From positions 192,001 to 256,000 of the forward strand of contig CAXXLF010000002.1 in the NCBI GenBank assembly GCA_963664015.2: 64,000 bases of DNA, written 5' to 3'. Position numbers and translations under genes: made by a program. Shown here piece after piece: positions 10,142 to 20,344 of the stretch (the first letter of the stretch is position 1; each line of letters begins with the position of its first letter). The DNA is from Candidatus Binatia bacterium. Lineage in GTDB: Bacteria > Desulfobacterota > Binatia > UBA9968 > CAXXLF01. The notes beneath the pieces are model-generated. The model saw only the letters and a list, made by a program, of their open reading frames with translations, was not told the origin of the DNA and ran no database searches.

Positions 10142-11314
10142 TCAAGGGATAACGCTTTGATCCGATAATCCGGCGGGGGTGGTCCATTTCTTCAGGGGAC
10201 GTGCTTCGGCCAAGGCCTGAAGCTCCCGTTCCCAGATCTTTCGCAACAGAAAGGTTCCCACATCCGACCGCCCTAGGCATTCGCTCGAGCGGTCCGCAAC
10301 GGCCCCTTGCCCAACCTGTACCGCATAGTCTTCCGCAAGGAAGAGCTGATACATGTTGGTTTTCTGATCGATCTCCTTTAACTCCATTTTGCCTTTCAGC
10401 ACATCGTCGCCCAGATCCTTGTGAGACCTGACCATGGAAGAAAAGGTCGACCGAGCCTGAAGACGCCGTTCTTGAAAATCCGTGGCTGCCGGTCCCTGCA
10501 GCGGTATCCAATCAGTGGAGTAACTCACCGAGTGGTTGTCATCAACGGGTACCCTCCAGAAAAGCCGGTCTGACCACAGGGAACCTGCGTCTTCTAGAGC
10601 CCCCTCGATCATCACCTGGATTCGTACCTGATTGATATTGGGCATATGAAAATTGAGGTAAATCACTGGTTTACCAGGGACATTGATGGCCGTCTTGATC
10701 CCGTATTCAGTCTCTTCGGCAGAGATCTGCCGTACGGCCAACTGGTCAGGCCTGCCCGACCGGACGATAGAATCCCGGTGGGTGAAGATGACATGTCCCG
10801 CATCGCAGGCGTTGTCGATCCGGTTGAAGTAATTGCATGGCCAGTCCTCGACTGTGCCCGCATCGACAATGCCGGGTCTTTCAAAGTCCGGGAAACGCCG
10901 TAACGGAGGAGGCTCCCCTTCGCCCAGATAGGCAAATATGAGATCGAGGTACTCCTGGGTCGGATAGCTCTGTATTCGCACTTTACTTGAAGAGGACTCT
11001 TCTTCGCCGGGCTGTTCCACGCACTGCCCCGATGACTCGTATCGCCACCCGTGATACCGGCATCGAATCGAGTCCCCTTCTACCCAGCCCGTGGAAAGCT
11101 GGGTCCCACGGTGAGCACAGCGGAACGATACCACATGGGGTAGACCTGTATCGCCTCGATAAAGAGTCAGGTTCTCTCCCATGATGCGGATAGGAACGGC
11201 TCGTCCCCGCTCCAGGTCCTTGACCCGGTAGACCGGCTGCCAGAACATCCTCAAATAACGACCGGCCATCGTATCGGGTCCGGTCTTAACAAAATCAACA
11301 GCTGGAGTACTCAT
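10142..11314 (-). CDS. Rieske non-heme iron oxygenase alpha subunit (phthalate dioxygenase / LigX-like O-demethylase type)
   Basis: Rieske CAHRG...CRYHGW; mononuclear Fe site NACDAGHVIFTH...EDYAVQVGQG; TGPDTMAGRYLRMFWQPV N-terminus. Confidence 0.9.
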   Translation of the reverse strand: MSTPAVDFVKTGPDTMAGRYLRMFWQPVYRVKDLERGRAVPIRIMGENLTLYRGDTGLPHVVSFRCAHRGTQLSTGWVEGDSIRCRYHGWRYESSGQCVEQPGEEESSSSKVRIQSYPTQEYLDLIFAYLGEGEPPPLRRFPDFERPGIVDAGTVEDWPCNYFNRIDNACDAGHVIFTHRDSIVRSGRPDQLAVRQISAEETEYGIKTAINVPGKPVIYLNFHMPNINQVRIQVMIEGALEDAGSLWSDRLFWRVPVDDNHSVSYSTDWIPLQGPAATDFQERRLQARSTFSSMVRSHKDLGDDVLKGKMELKEIDQKTNMYQLFLAEDYAVQVGQGAVADRSSECLGRSDVGTFLLRKIWERELQALAEARPLKKWTTPAGLSDQSVIP

Positions 11315-11439
11315 TATCGTGCCCTATCTATGGTCACGCTTTATGCTTTGGAATCGTGGTTGGATATTCGAAGCAGTTCAGCGACATCGCAAATTCATGT
11401 ATAACGTATGGTTACTGCTTATATCTAACTAATGTTACT

Positions 11440-12273
11440 CTATTTATTTCTATCTTGTACGGCCAGTAGCCGAAGGCCGGCTGCGACCAGCTGCTCGGTT
11501 ATTGGAATATCAACGCCGTACTTTTTCCCCAATTGAGCCGCCAACGGTAGATCCTTGTCGTAAAGATTCATCCCTACTTTCGGGGTTGAACCTTTTCCTG
11601 ATGGGTCGAACCTATTCTCCCATTCCGTGATCATGCTCCCCGTATAAACCCGCTTCATCATTTCAAGGGCGTCGCAATACTTGATGCCGCAGGCCTCGCC
11701 AATCTTGATAGCCTCGTGAACGATGAGGGTTTCGGATCCGGTCAACAAGTTCTTGATGAGTTTTGCTGCATTCCCCGCACCTAGCGGTCCCATATGCATC
11801 ACGGCCTTACCCATTGCGAGCAGATGGGGACGAGCGCGGTCCACCAACTCAACCGCTCCCCCGGCCAGAAAGGTGACCTCCCCTTTCTGTACCACTCGGG
11901 GAACACCAACCATGCAAGCATCAATGACCTCGACTCCCTTGTCACGGGCCGCCTCGGCTACTTTTTTGGTCGTCGTTGGTAAAATCGTACTGTGAAGCAA
12001 GACAAGGGTTCCCTTCTTTGCACCCTTCAAGATACCGGACTCGCCTAAGGTGCAGTCCAGAATTTCATCGTCGGTCCGCACCACCACATCGATAATTGAG
12101 GCGCTTTCGGCAACGGCAGCGGCCGAAGGCGCTGGCACTGCACCCATCCCGCGAGCTTTCTCGAGAGCCGGTTGGGCCGAATCGTACACGGTGACCTGCA
12201 AATTGGCCAACCGCAGGCGACCCAAAAGCGAACTGCCCATTGCACCGACGCCTACCATTCCGAGCTGTGTCAT
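11440..12273 (-). CDS. NAD(P)-dependent beta-hydroxyacid dehydrogenase family oxidoreductase
   Basis: GMVGVGAMG Rossmann motif, HSTI.P, GAGNAAKLIKN, KDL. Confidence 0.85.
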   Translation of the reverse strand: MTQLGMVGVGAMGSSLLGRLRLANLQVTVYDSAQPALEKARGMGAVPAPSAAAVAESASIIDVVVRTDDEILDCTLGESGILKGAKKGTLVLLHSTILPTTTKKVAEAARDKGVEVIDACMVGVPRVVQKGEVTFLAGGAVELVDRARPHLLAMGKAVMHMGPLGAGNAAKLIKNLLTGSETLIVHEAIKIGEACGIKYCDALEMMKRVYTGSMITEWENRFDPSGKGSTPKVGMNLYDKDLPLAAQLGKKYGVDIPITEQLVAAGLRLLAVQDRNK

Positions 12274-12367
12274 CTGTGCCTCCCCTTGGATTGTTCTCTA
12301 GATCCGGTTATTTGAAATAATCCTGGCTGCATGGTGTCTTTTGGAAGAAAAATCCAGCTTCTCTGAT

Positions 12368-13297
12368 TCACCGTTTCATCCCGCCAATCAGTTGATCGAT
12401 AAACCCCTCGTCATCAAGCCGCTTGACCCAATAGAGATCCCAGGGTGCCAGGGGGTTTTTCAAAGCCTTGCCCGCGGGCCATTCATCGGTGGAGATCTCG
12501 TGAGTATTGATAATCGCATCCGACGTGGGATAGGGTTTAACCTGCAATTTTTCGGTCATGGAGTCAACCTGCCGCTCCAGTTCCTTCCTATCCTGGATCT
12601 TCATCAGCCTCATGGGTTCCTGTGCGGCGATTTCTATGGCCTCCTCCCGCCGGAATTTTAACAGGCAGAGGGCATGGATGACAGATCTCACGTAGCTCCC
12701 CAGGACCTCGTGCTTTTTTAGGGCGAAAACGGCGGTACAGGCCTGCGCGAAATGACCGATGGATGGGAGTTCGGGCGTAGGCAAGACCTTCAAGCCTGCC
12801 TCCAGCGCGTCGGGTAGATAAATCGAATCCATGTAGGTCGCGATGCATTCACCGCTGACGACTTTTTTCCACTGTCCCCAGCGGCCCACCTCATCATCGG
12901 TGACAATGACCCTTTCAACGTCATTTTCCAGCCCGATCATTTTGAGCCTGAGAAAGATCGTATAGGGCCTACCGGAAGATCTGACGGCTATCTTTTTACC
13001 CTTGAGATCATCAATGCTCGAGACATGGGGGGGGACCACCAGGTTCGCGGCACTTGTGATGACGGGAGCACAGAACATGGTGACCTTTTTACCCTGGGCC
13101 GCCTCACCAAAGAGATAGTCCAGACGCTCGATAATGATGTCGGCCATGTTGTCGAAGATGGCCGCTTCATAGTCGCCGGCGCCGCGTATCTGCAACACCT
13201 TGACGTCCAGGTTGTAATGCCGGCGGGCCATTTTCTTGATACAATAGATCACCGGAGTCCGGTCGTTGTCTCGGTAAGCAAGTCTTACTTCTTCCAT
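12368..13297 (-). CDS. NMT1/SsuA-like substrate-binding-fold protein lacking a signal peptide
   Basis: SSIDDLKGKKIAV motif; C-terminal KPYP...LDDEGFIDQL; paralog of 20345..21328. Confidence 0.7.
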   Translation of the reverse strand: MEEVRLAYRDNDRTPVIYCIKKMARRHYNLDVKVLQIRGAGDYEAAIFDNMADIIIERLDYLFGEAAQGKKVTMFCAPVITSAANLVVPPHVSSIDDLKGKKIAVRSSGRPYTIFLRLKMIGLENDVERVIVTDDEVGRWGQWKKVVSGECIATYMDSIYLPDALEAGLKVLPTPELPSIGHFAQACTAVFALKKHEVLGSYVRSVIHALCLLKFRREEAIEIAAQEPMRLMKIQDRKELERQVDSMTEKLQVKPYPTSDAIINTHEISTDEWPAGKALKNPLAPWDLYWVKRLDDEGFIDQLIGGMKR

Positions 13298-13357
13298 GAA
13301 TCGGTCTCCCCTCGCCTAGAGTGTAACCAGTCAAAGCATTTGAAAGTTAAAGATGAC

Positions 13358-13425
13358 TCGCCCCGTGGAATATTACCCCGGCTCGAGACAATCCAACTCG
13401 GTTGAGCTGTTACTCCACGGGGCGA
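13358..13425. repeat. 68-bp inverted-repeat element, copy 1
   Basis: TCGCCCCGTGGAATA, 38-bp core, TACTCCACGGGGCGA; same length and near-identical arms as 57760..57827. Confidence 0.75.
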
Positions 13426-13471
13426 TAAACTTTGTTGAAGTCGTTCTGTTGATCATATCAAAGATAAGAAT

Positions 13472-14668
13472 CTAGGCCCGTAATCTCGGACATATCCGCA
13501 GCGCGTTTCCGCCGAGAATCTTAGCCTTGGCCTTTTCTGACAATCCCGGTAGATCGACGATTTGCTCCACGCCCTTGGGCCATTGAGTTCCCTTATGCGG
13601 ATAGTCCGTAGCAAATAACCAAATATCCTCCCCCATGCTCTCCACACTCTGTTGAATACTACTCTCCCAGGTATCCAGTGCATGTGCATAACGGCCGTCA
13701 GTTACGACCTCCCGGGGCAGACGGTTCAGATGGGGGACATGATCGGGAGAGGCAAGATAGTGGGAATCCAAACGGTCGACGATGACCGAGACCCAACCCC
13801 CACTGGTTTCTATGACGGCAGCGCGGAGTTTTGGAAAGAGATCAAAGATTCCACCACCCACCAGGGCCGCCATGGCAGTCATCCCGGCCCAGGGATTCAA
13901 AAGGCTCTGAATCATGAACCACGCACCGTCCATTTCAAAGGTCCCGGGGGTGTAGGGAGGCCGTCCTGTCCCTGGGTGAACCAGGAGAGGCAGATCCAGG
14001 TCCTGGGCCACTTGATAAATGGGATGATAATCAAGATTATCAAGGAGTTTTCCCTCAGGGCCGACCTGGGGCAGGTAGATCCCGATCATATTCATGTCGC
14101 GGTCAGCCCAATGTTTAATTTCCGCTACCCCCGCCTCAATATCGCGCATATTAATTGCGAGAGTCCACTTGAGCCGACCGTTACCCTGCGAGCAGAAGTC
14201 GGACACCCAACTGTTATAGGCGCGGTAAAGGGCCGTTTCGAACCCCACATCCCTAAGGGCGCAGTAACTCGATACATGGGTCGCATAGATTACGTTGATA
14301 TCCGTTGACGCCTGGTCCATATCTTCCAGTCGTGCCTTGGCATCCCAGCTGACTTCCGGCCGAATGAGCTGGGTTTGCCGAGAACTGCTCTTTTCTTTGA
14401 TAATCCTCTTGCCGGAACCCCGTTGACGGCTCAAGCCGAATGAATCACGGACTCCGAGAGCCCGGCCAGCCTCAAAGGGCTCAATAACCGCGTGACGTGT
14501 ACCAAATAGCGAGTAACTTAGCCCCGCCTCCGCCTGTTTTTCAATAGCCGAGCACAACTGTTGATAGGGCTCTTGATAGGCCAAAGGGATATATTCCCCA
14601 TACATACGGTCCGGTCGTTCATAAACATGAGTATCCATATCGATCACTTTATGGCCGTTCCAACTCAT
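13472..14668 (-). CDS. Amidohydrolase_2 family protein
   Basis: IDMDTH, RAYNSW, VHPG, IETSGGW, FATDYPH, KILGGNA. Confidence 0.9.
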   Translation of the reverse strand: MSWNGHKVIDMDTHVYERPDRMYGEYIPLAYQEPYQQLCSAIEKQAEAGLSYSLFGTRHAVIEPFEAGRALGVRDSFGLSRQRGSGKRIIKEKSSSRQTQLIRPEVSWDAKARLEDMDQASTDINVIYATHVSSYCALRDVGFETALYRAYNSWVSDFCSQGNGRLKWTLAINMRDIEAGVAEIKHWADRDMNMIGIYLPQVGPEGKLLDNLDYHPIYQVAQDLDLPLLVHPGTGRPPYTPGTFEMDGAWFMIQSLLNPWAGMTAMAALVGGGIFDLFPKLRAAVIETSGGWVSVIVDRLDSHYLASPDHVPHLNRLPREVVTDGRYAHALDTWESSIQQSVESMGEDIWLFATDYPHKGTQWPKGVEQIVDLPGLSEKAKAKILGGNALRICPRLRA

Positions 14669-14831
14669 AAATGCCTCGCTTTCTAACTAAACGGATTACG
14701 ATGCTCGCAGCATATATGACACAGGGGCTTGAGATGCGTTATCTTTGCTATCTTAAGGAGAACAGGTTGTCAAATATTGGAGCAGATTAGGCAGGTTAAA
14801 CTAGTGACACTGGAGCGCGGTAAGAGTAACG

Positions 14832-16319
14832 TTAACCTTCAAACACAAGGCTCTTGACCACGACCGGGACATAGGAATCGGGGCCTGTGGGACTGCCGAT
14901 ATCAATAAAATCCAACTCGGATAGCGAAATCTCATCGATGGACAAAATCTTGAGGTCATCTCCCAGCGATTCTCCAACCACTCGACCAATATTTTGATCA
15001 AAGACCAATGCCCGGGGACGGTTCTCTGGGTCCACCGACTCCAATGCTCCCCGAAGCCCCTTGGCCAGTTCCAGGGCCGTACCGTATCCTATAAATGGCG
15101 GTGACAGGACGGCAAGGGCGAAGGGCTCCCCTTTGACCACTGGATCCATGCCTTGGATTGTATTTAATATGACTCTCTCCGCTTTTTCCGAAATCGCTTT
15201 CCCCCATTCCACCGACACCACGACGACACGGAGATTCCTGAACGGGAGCACACTGGGATCCGGGATGTGAATGGTCTCGCCGCTTAACTGCAAGGAATAC
15301 TGGGACGCACCAATAACCGTGGCTCGGAGTCCTTCAGTGCCGTCAAGGATCCTCAGGCCAACCCGTTCTGCCCGTGCCTTTATTTGCAGACCCAAGTAAG
15401 GCCCCAGATCGCCATAGTTAGTTTGCTCACGGCCATAGATATACTCGGAGACACCCCCGGAAAAGACGACGCCATCGATCCCGGCGAGTTGCGGCGAGAC
15501 CTCAAAGGGAGAGACTACGAGTTCGTCTGCCGGCTTTTCCCCCCCGAGGATCTCAAATAAGACATCGGACATCTTCTTAGATACCAGTTCGCAGATGTCC
15601 GTATCTATTGCCTCTCCAACCCGATGGGGCTTGCCTACCTGTTCCAAAAAATATCGTCCGGTTTCTTCCAGGCGTTTAAGGACACCGTCTTCATAGGCGA
15701 TCACCCGCGCACCTATATTAAAAATTCCGCCATCCACTAACCTGCCGTTTTTGATCAGTCCGATCTTGGTGGTCCCGCCTCCAACATCGATATTGAGCAG
15801 GGTTAATCCCCTCTCCCGACTCACGAGAACGGCGCCAGACCCATGGGCCGCCAGCAGCAATTCCAATCGGGGGCCCGCGGTGGCACAGACAAATCGACCG
15901 GACTCGTCCGAGAACAGGTCAACGATAGCCCGAGCGTTACTTCTTCGGGCCGCCTCACCGGTAATGATCACTGCGCCGGTATCAACCTCACTGGGCTTCA
16001 AATCGGCCTGATCGAAGGCCCTCTTGATCAGATCCTGTAATGGCTGTGTCTCAATAGTCCAGTCCTGAGTGAACGGCGTGAGCAGGACGGTTGATCGACT
16101 AAGCACGCTACGCTCGAGGACCTCGGGACGGCGAGTATGAAGGGACGGATACCCGATCCGTATACGGGAGAACATCAAATGAGAGGTCGAAGAACCGATA
16201 TCAATCCCGACGCTCGTCAGGTTTCCCAGATTAACCCCTTGCAACTCATCATGGTCATGGGAATGGCCATGGGAGCCTTCATGGGAGTGGGAATGTTGGT
16301 CGTGCTTGTGCTCAGCCAT
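14832..16319 (-). CDS. EutA-like reactivating factor (ASKHA ATPase) with a His-rich N-terminus
   Basis: SVGIDIGSSTSHL, TGAVIITGE, NIDVGGGTT, FSGGVSEY, LRATVIGASQ, VPVVVKSLVF are EutA hallmarks. Confidence 0.8.
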   Translation of the reverse strand: MAEHKHDQHSHSHEGSHGHSHDHDELQGVNLGNLTSVGIDIGSSTSHLMFSRIRIGYPSLHTRRPEVLERSVLSRSTVLLTPFTQDWTIETQPLQDLIKRAFDQADLKPSEVDTGAVIITGEAARRSNARAIVDLFSDESGRFVCATAGPRLELLLAAHGSGAVLVSRERGLTLLNIDVGGGTTKIGLIKNGRLVDGGIFNIGARVIAYEDGVLKRLEETGRYFLEQVGKPHRVGEAIDTDICELVSKKMSDVLFEILGGEKPADELVVSPFEVSPQLAGIDGVVFSGGVSEYIYGREQTNYGDLGPYLGLQIKARAERVGLRILDGTEGLRATVIGASQYSLQLSGETIHIPDPSVLPFRNLRVVVVSVEWGKAISEKAERVILNTIQGMDPVVKGEPFALAVLSPPFIGYGTALELAKGLRGALESVDPENRPRALVFDQNIGRVVGESLGDDLKILSIDEISLSELDFIDIGSPTGPDSYVPVVVKSLVFEG

Positions 16320-16376
16320 GGGCTGTTCTCACCTCAATTATGCAAATATTGAGCTGGCTTGGAAGGGCTCAGCCGA

Positions 16377-17348
16377 TCACAACTCGTGGCAGGCAGCGTA
16401 GTGTTGGGGGCGTTTATCTTCCAGAAGGGGCTCTTCTCCCTTGCAACGCTCAACCCGAATCGGGCAACGGGGCTCAAACCGGCAGCCCAAAGATGGGTTA
16501 ATGGGGAGAGCAACCTCGCCCCAGAGAATCTCTTGCTTTGTTATGTCGGCGTTGGGATCGATGATAGGGTTCGAGGCAATCAATCCCTTGGTATAGGGAT
16601 GGAGCCTATGGGTGAACAGTTCTGAGGTTGCGGCGATTTCTACCATTTTACCAGCGTACATGACGGCTACCACATCCGCCATGTACTCCACGACGTTGAG
16701 GTCATGAGAGATGAAGAGGAGTGTCAGGTTGAGCTCCCGTTGAAGCCTCTTGAACAGGTTGAGAACCTGGGCCTGAACCGAGACATCGAGGGAAGATACG
16801 GGTTCATCGGCGATGATCAGTTTGGGCTGGGGCGCCAGGGCCCGCGCAATACCGATTCGCTGGCGCTGCCCGCCACTGAATTCATGGGGATAACGATTCA
16901 TCTGATCCGGCTGGAGCCCAACAAGCTCCAGCAACTCGCCCACCGCGAGGGCTTTTTTCCTACCACTCAACCCGCGATAGAGCGTCAGGGGGCGGCCCAC
17001 AATGTCTAAGATACTCATCCGGGGATTTAGCGAGGCATAGGGGTCTTGGAAAACCATCTGGATATGTCGCCTGAGGTCACGGACCTCCCTTTTGGGAAGA
17101 GTGAGGATGTTCTGCCCCTGAAAGAAGACTTCGCCTCCGGTCGCTGGAACCAGCCGAGTAATGAGGCGGGCGGTGGTGGACTTGCCGCAACCACTTTCAC
17201 CCACCAGGCCGAACAGGGCCCCTTCTTCAATGGAAAAACTGACATGGTCGACTGCTTTTAAGATGCGTTCGCCATATATTAATCCTGTGACAAATCCTGA
17301 ATTGAGATCAAAATACTTGGTAAGATTACGAATTTCTAAAAGTTTCAT
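16377..17348 (-). CDS. Oligopeptide/dipeptide/nickel ABC transporter ATP-binding protein (OppF-like)
   Basis: GESGCGKST, FSGGQRQR, ADEP, HPYT, GCRFEPRC; probable ATG at 17348 overlaps the stop of the upstream gene. Confidence 0.92.
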   Translation of the reverse strand: MKLLEIRNLTKYFDLNSGFVTGLIYGERILKAVDHVSFSIEEGALFGLVGESGCGKSTTARLITRLVPATGGEVFFQGQNILTLPKREVRDLRRHIQMVFQDPYASLNPRMSILDIVGRPLTLYRGLSGRKKALAVGELLELVGLQPDQMNRYPHEFSGGQRQRIGIARALAPQPKLIIADEPVSSLDVSVQAQVLNLFKRLQRELNLTLLFISHDLNVVEYMADVVAVMYAGKMVEIAATSELFTHRLHPYTKGLIASNPIIDPNADITKQEILWGEVALPINPSLGCRFEPRCPIRVERCKGEEPLLEDKRPQHYAACHEL

Positions 17349-18331
17349 TACTTTTGGCCTCCGGGAAAATAACAGGCCACCGAACCGCTCGCTGACTTGG
17401 TTTCCAACTCTGGAGACTCGGTCTTGCAGATTTCTTTGGCTTTGTAGCAACGGGGGTGGAATTTGCAACCGGAAGGAGGATCTAGAAGATTGCAGATGGT
17501 CCCCGGTACCGCCGTTAGGGGTTTATCACGGTATTCAGGCCTGGGAATCGCCTGCATAAGCCCCTGGGTGTAGGGGTGGAGAGGATTGGTAAAGAGATTT
17601 TTCTTATCTGTCAACTCCACCAGGGATCCCGCATACATTACGCCGATACGGTTGCAGAGCGATGCAACAACGCCCAGATTATGGGAGATGAAGATGAGGG
17701 CCATCTTGAATTTTTCCTGTAGTTCTTTGAGCAATTCCAGGATCTGAGCCTGGATGGTTACATCCAGGGCCGTGGTCGGCTCGTCGGCGATCAAGACCCT
17801 TGGCTGGCATGCCAACGCCATCGCAATCATCACTCGTTGCCTCATCCCGCCGCTGAGTTCGTATGGGTAGCGATCTATCAGCGTCTTGGGTGATGGGACA
17901 CGGACCGAGCTAAGAACTTCCTCCGACCGTTCACGGGCCACCTTCCTCGAGTCTCCCATATGGATCCGATAACATTCGGAGATCTGGTTGCCGATGGTAA
18001 AAGAAGGGTTCAATGATGTCATCGGTTCCTGGAAGATCATCGAGATTTGACTTCCACGTATCTTTTGCATCTTTTTATCGCTCTTTTTAAGTAGGTCGGA
18101 GCCATCAAATATGATCTCCCCATTGGCGATGCGTCCTGGGGGAGACGGGATGAGGCTTAAGATGGAAAAGGCCGTGACACTTTTGCCAGAGCCCGTTTCC
18201 CCGACGATACCCAGGGTCTCACCTTCACGGAGAGAGAAGGAGACGTTATTGACGGCTCTCAGAATTCCCTGTTTGAGTTGGAATTCAACGGTGAGATTGC
18301 GGACGTCGAGAAGCGGTGTGTTAGAGTTCAT
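17348..18331 (-). CDS. Oligopeptide/dipeptide/nickel ABC transporter ATP-binding protein (OppD-like)
   Basis: [42 protein letters not shown]. Confidence 0.92.
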   Translation of the reverse strand: MNSNTPLLDVRNLTVEFQLKQGILRAVNNVSFSLREGETLGIVGETGSGKSVTAFSILSLIPSPPGRIANGEIIFDGSDLLKKSDKKMQKIRGSQISMIFQEPMTSLNPSFTIGNQISECYRIHMGDSRKVARERSEEVLSSVRVPSPKTLIDRYPYELSGGMRQRVMIAMALACQPRVLIADEPTTALDVTIQAQILELLKELQEKFKMALIFISHNLGVVASLCNRIGVMYAGSLVELTDKKNLFTNPLHPYTQGLMQAIPRPEYRDKPLTAVPGTICNLLDPPSGCKFHPRCYKAKEICKTESPELETKSASGSVACYFPGGQK

Positions 18332-18332
18332 A

Positions 18333-19235
18333 TTAACGATCGTATTGCCTCGGATCAAAGACGTCCCGGAGTCCATCTCCGAAGAGATTAAAACCTAGAA
18401 TCATGAAGGATATTGTCAATCCGGGGAAAAATGCAGCCCATGGTTGTAGCTCCAGAAAGGGACTGACCTCCTTTAACATAAGGCCCCAGCTGGGCGTAGG
18501 AGGCGGAAACCCCAGGCCAAGAAAACTCAGGGACGATTCGGTCAAGATGGCATTTGCAAAATCGAGGCTAAGGCGCACCAGCAGCGGTGGTAGACAGTTG
18601 GGCAGGATATGCCTGAACATGATCAAGCTGTCCGTTTCACCGGTCATGCGGGCGGCCTCCACGTATTCCTTTTCCTTCTGGGTCAGCACGGCGCCGCGCA
18701 CGATACGGGCGAAAGATGGTATAGAGCTCACACCAATAGCCAGATATAGCGAAAAAAGCCCCCCTCCAAGGGATGCCACCAGGGCGATGGCAAGGAGACG
18801 CCCGGGGAAGGCCAGGATGGAGTCCATCACCCGCATCAGCGACATGTCGACCCAGCCCCCAAAATAACCCGCAAACATACCAATGGGTATCCCTAGTAGC
18901 GCCCCCAGCATTACGGCTCCGATGGCAACCAGGAAGGCCGTCCGGGCGCCAAATATCATCCGGGTATAGGTGTCCCGACCCATGAAATCCGTCCCGAGCC
19001 AGTGAGGCCGGCTGGGACCCTGAAGCCGCTCGGAGATGTTGATCTCAAAAGGATCATGGGTAACCAGGAATGGGGCGAAGACCGCCGCAAAGAGCCCGAC
19101 GAGAATAATTACCAAACCTATCAAGGCGAGTCGATTGCGCGCAATGACCTGGAAGCCGGCGGTGAAACGCAAGGCTGCCAATCTCAAACCCGCGGGCGAG
19201 GAAGATCCATTATTCTGTAAAGAGACAGTTTCCAT
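18333..19235 (-). CDS. Peptide/nickel ABC transporter permease (OppC/DppC-like)
   Basis: HWLGTDFMGRD, EYVEAAR, ILPNC, LSFLGLG, NLFGDGLRDVFDPR. Confidence 0.92.
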   Translation of the reverse strand: METVSLQNNGSSSPAGLRLAALRFTAGFQVIARNRLALIGLVIILVGLFAAVFAPFLVTHDPFEINISERLQGPSRPHWLGTDFMGRDTYTRMIFGARTAFLVAIGAVMLGALLGIPIGMFAGYFGGWVDMSLMRVMDSILAFPGRLLAIALVASLGGGLFSLYLAIGVSSIPSFARIVRGAVLTQKEKEYVEAARMTGETDSLIMFRHILPNCLPPLLVRLSLDFANAILTESSLSFLGLGFPPPTPSWGLMLKEVSPFLELQPWAAFFPGLTISFMILGFNLFGDGLRDVFDPRQYDR

Positions 19236-19238
19236 TAA

Positions 19239-20204
19239 TTATTCCAACTTGATCCGGGGATCCAGCCATTTATAAAGGATGTCAACAATCAGGTTAATCG
19301 CGACGTAGGTCAAAGCGATAATCAGCACCGCCCCCTGGACAATGGGATAGTCCCGGCCATAGATCCCCTCCAGAAGAAGGCTAGCGACGCCAGGCCACGT
19401 GAAGACCGTTTCAATAATCGTAGATCCTCCCAGCAAACGTGCGATGTCCAAGCCAAGTATGGTGACGATCGAAATCATTGAGTTTTTTGCCGCGTGTTTG
19501 ACAATGACCATTTTGGGTGGGAGTCCCTTAGCGCGGGCCGTGCGAACATAATCCTGGCTCAGCTGCTCGAGCATCTCTGCTCTCATATAGCGGGTTACGG
19601 AAGCCGCCATGGAGGTTCCAAGCACAATAGCGGGTAAAGAGACGTGCTGCAGGAACTTGAACGGGTCTTCCAATGGGCTTGCGTAACCGATGGACGGGAC
19701 GATTCCCAGCTTGAGGCTGAAGAGTAAAATCAACATAAGGGCCAACCAAAAGTTGGGTATGGCCATTCCCCACATGGCGTACCCCATGGCGCTGTAATCG
19801 ACAAGAGTGTTCTGCCGGACAGCGGCAATGATACCGGCCGGCAGTGAGATGAAGATGACCGTGATAAAGGCCGAAAAGGCGAGATAGATGGTCGCGGGAT
19901 AACGCTCGAGTAATATGTCTAAGACGGGACGCCGGGATTGGAGCGAGAGCCCCAGATCCCCATTGAGGACTCTTCCCAGCCAACGGAAATACTGGACATA
20001 CACAGGCTGGTCAAATCCCAATTGTTTTTGAAGCGCTCGGTACTGGTCCTCACTATAAGAGGCGCCAACCTCCGGGTCAACGCCTAGCATAACCAGGATC
20101 GGATCCCCGGGGATTATGTGAACGATTAAAAAGACGATCAGGCTTACCAGGAAAAGAACCGGGATAAGCTGCATGATGCGCTGGATGATGTAACGGCCTA
20201 ACAC
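19239..20204 (-). CDS. Peptide/nickel ABC transporter permease (OppB/DppB-like)
   Basis: PGDP, GDLGLS, YVRTARAKGL, ETVFTWPG, RDYPIVQG, LDPRI. Confidence 0.92.
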   Translation of the reverse strand: MLGRYIIQRIMQLIPVLFLVSLIVFLIVHIIPGDPILVMLGVDPEVGASYSEDQYRALQKQLGFDQPVYVQYFRWLGRVLNGDLGLSLQSRRPVLDILLERYPATIYLAFSAFITVIFISLPAGIIAAVRQNTLVDYSAMGYAMWGMAIPNFWLALMLILLFSLKLGIVPSIGYASPLEDPFKFLQHVSLPAIVLGTSMAASVTRYMRAEMLEQLSQDYVRTARAKGLPPKMVIVKHAAKNSMISIVTILGLDIARLLGGSTIIETVFTWPGVASLLLEGIYGRDYPIVQGAVLIIALTYVAINLIVDILYKWLDPRIKLE

Positions 20205-20344
20205 AAGAAAAAGTCCATGGAAATAGTATTACTTAACCCTGCAGATTGATGACCATCGCCCACTTGACGTTGCGTCACGCCCCCACTCATGAAACACCCA
20301 TCCGAAACAAACTCAAAGACTCAATTCGTTTTTATCCTTATTTT

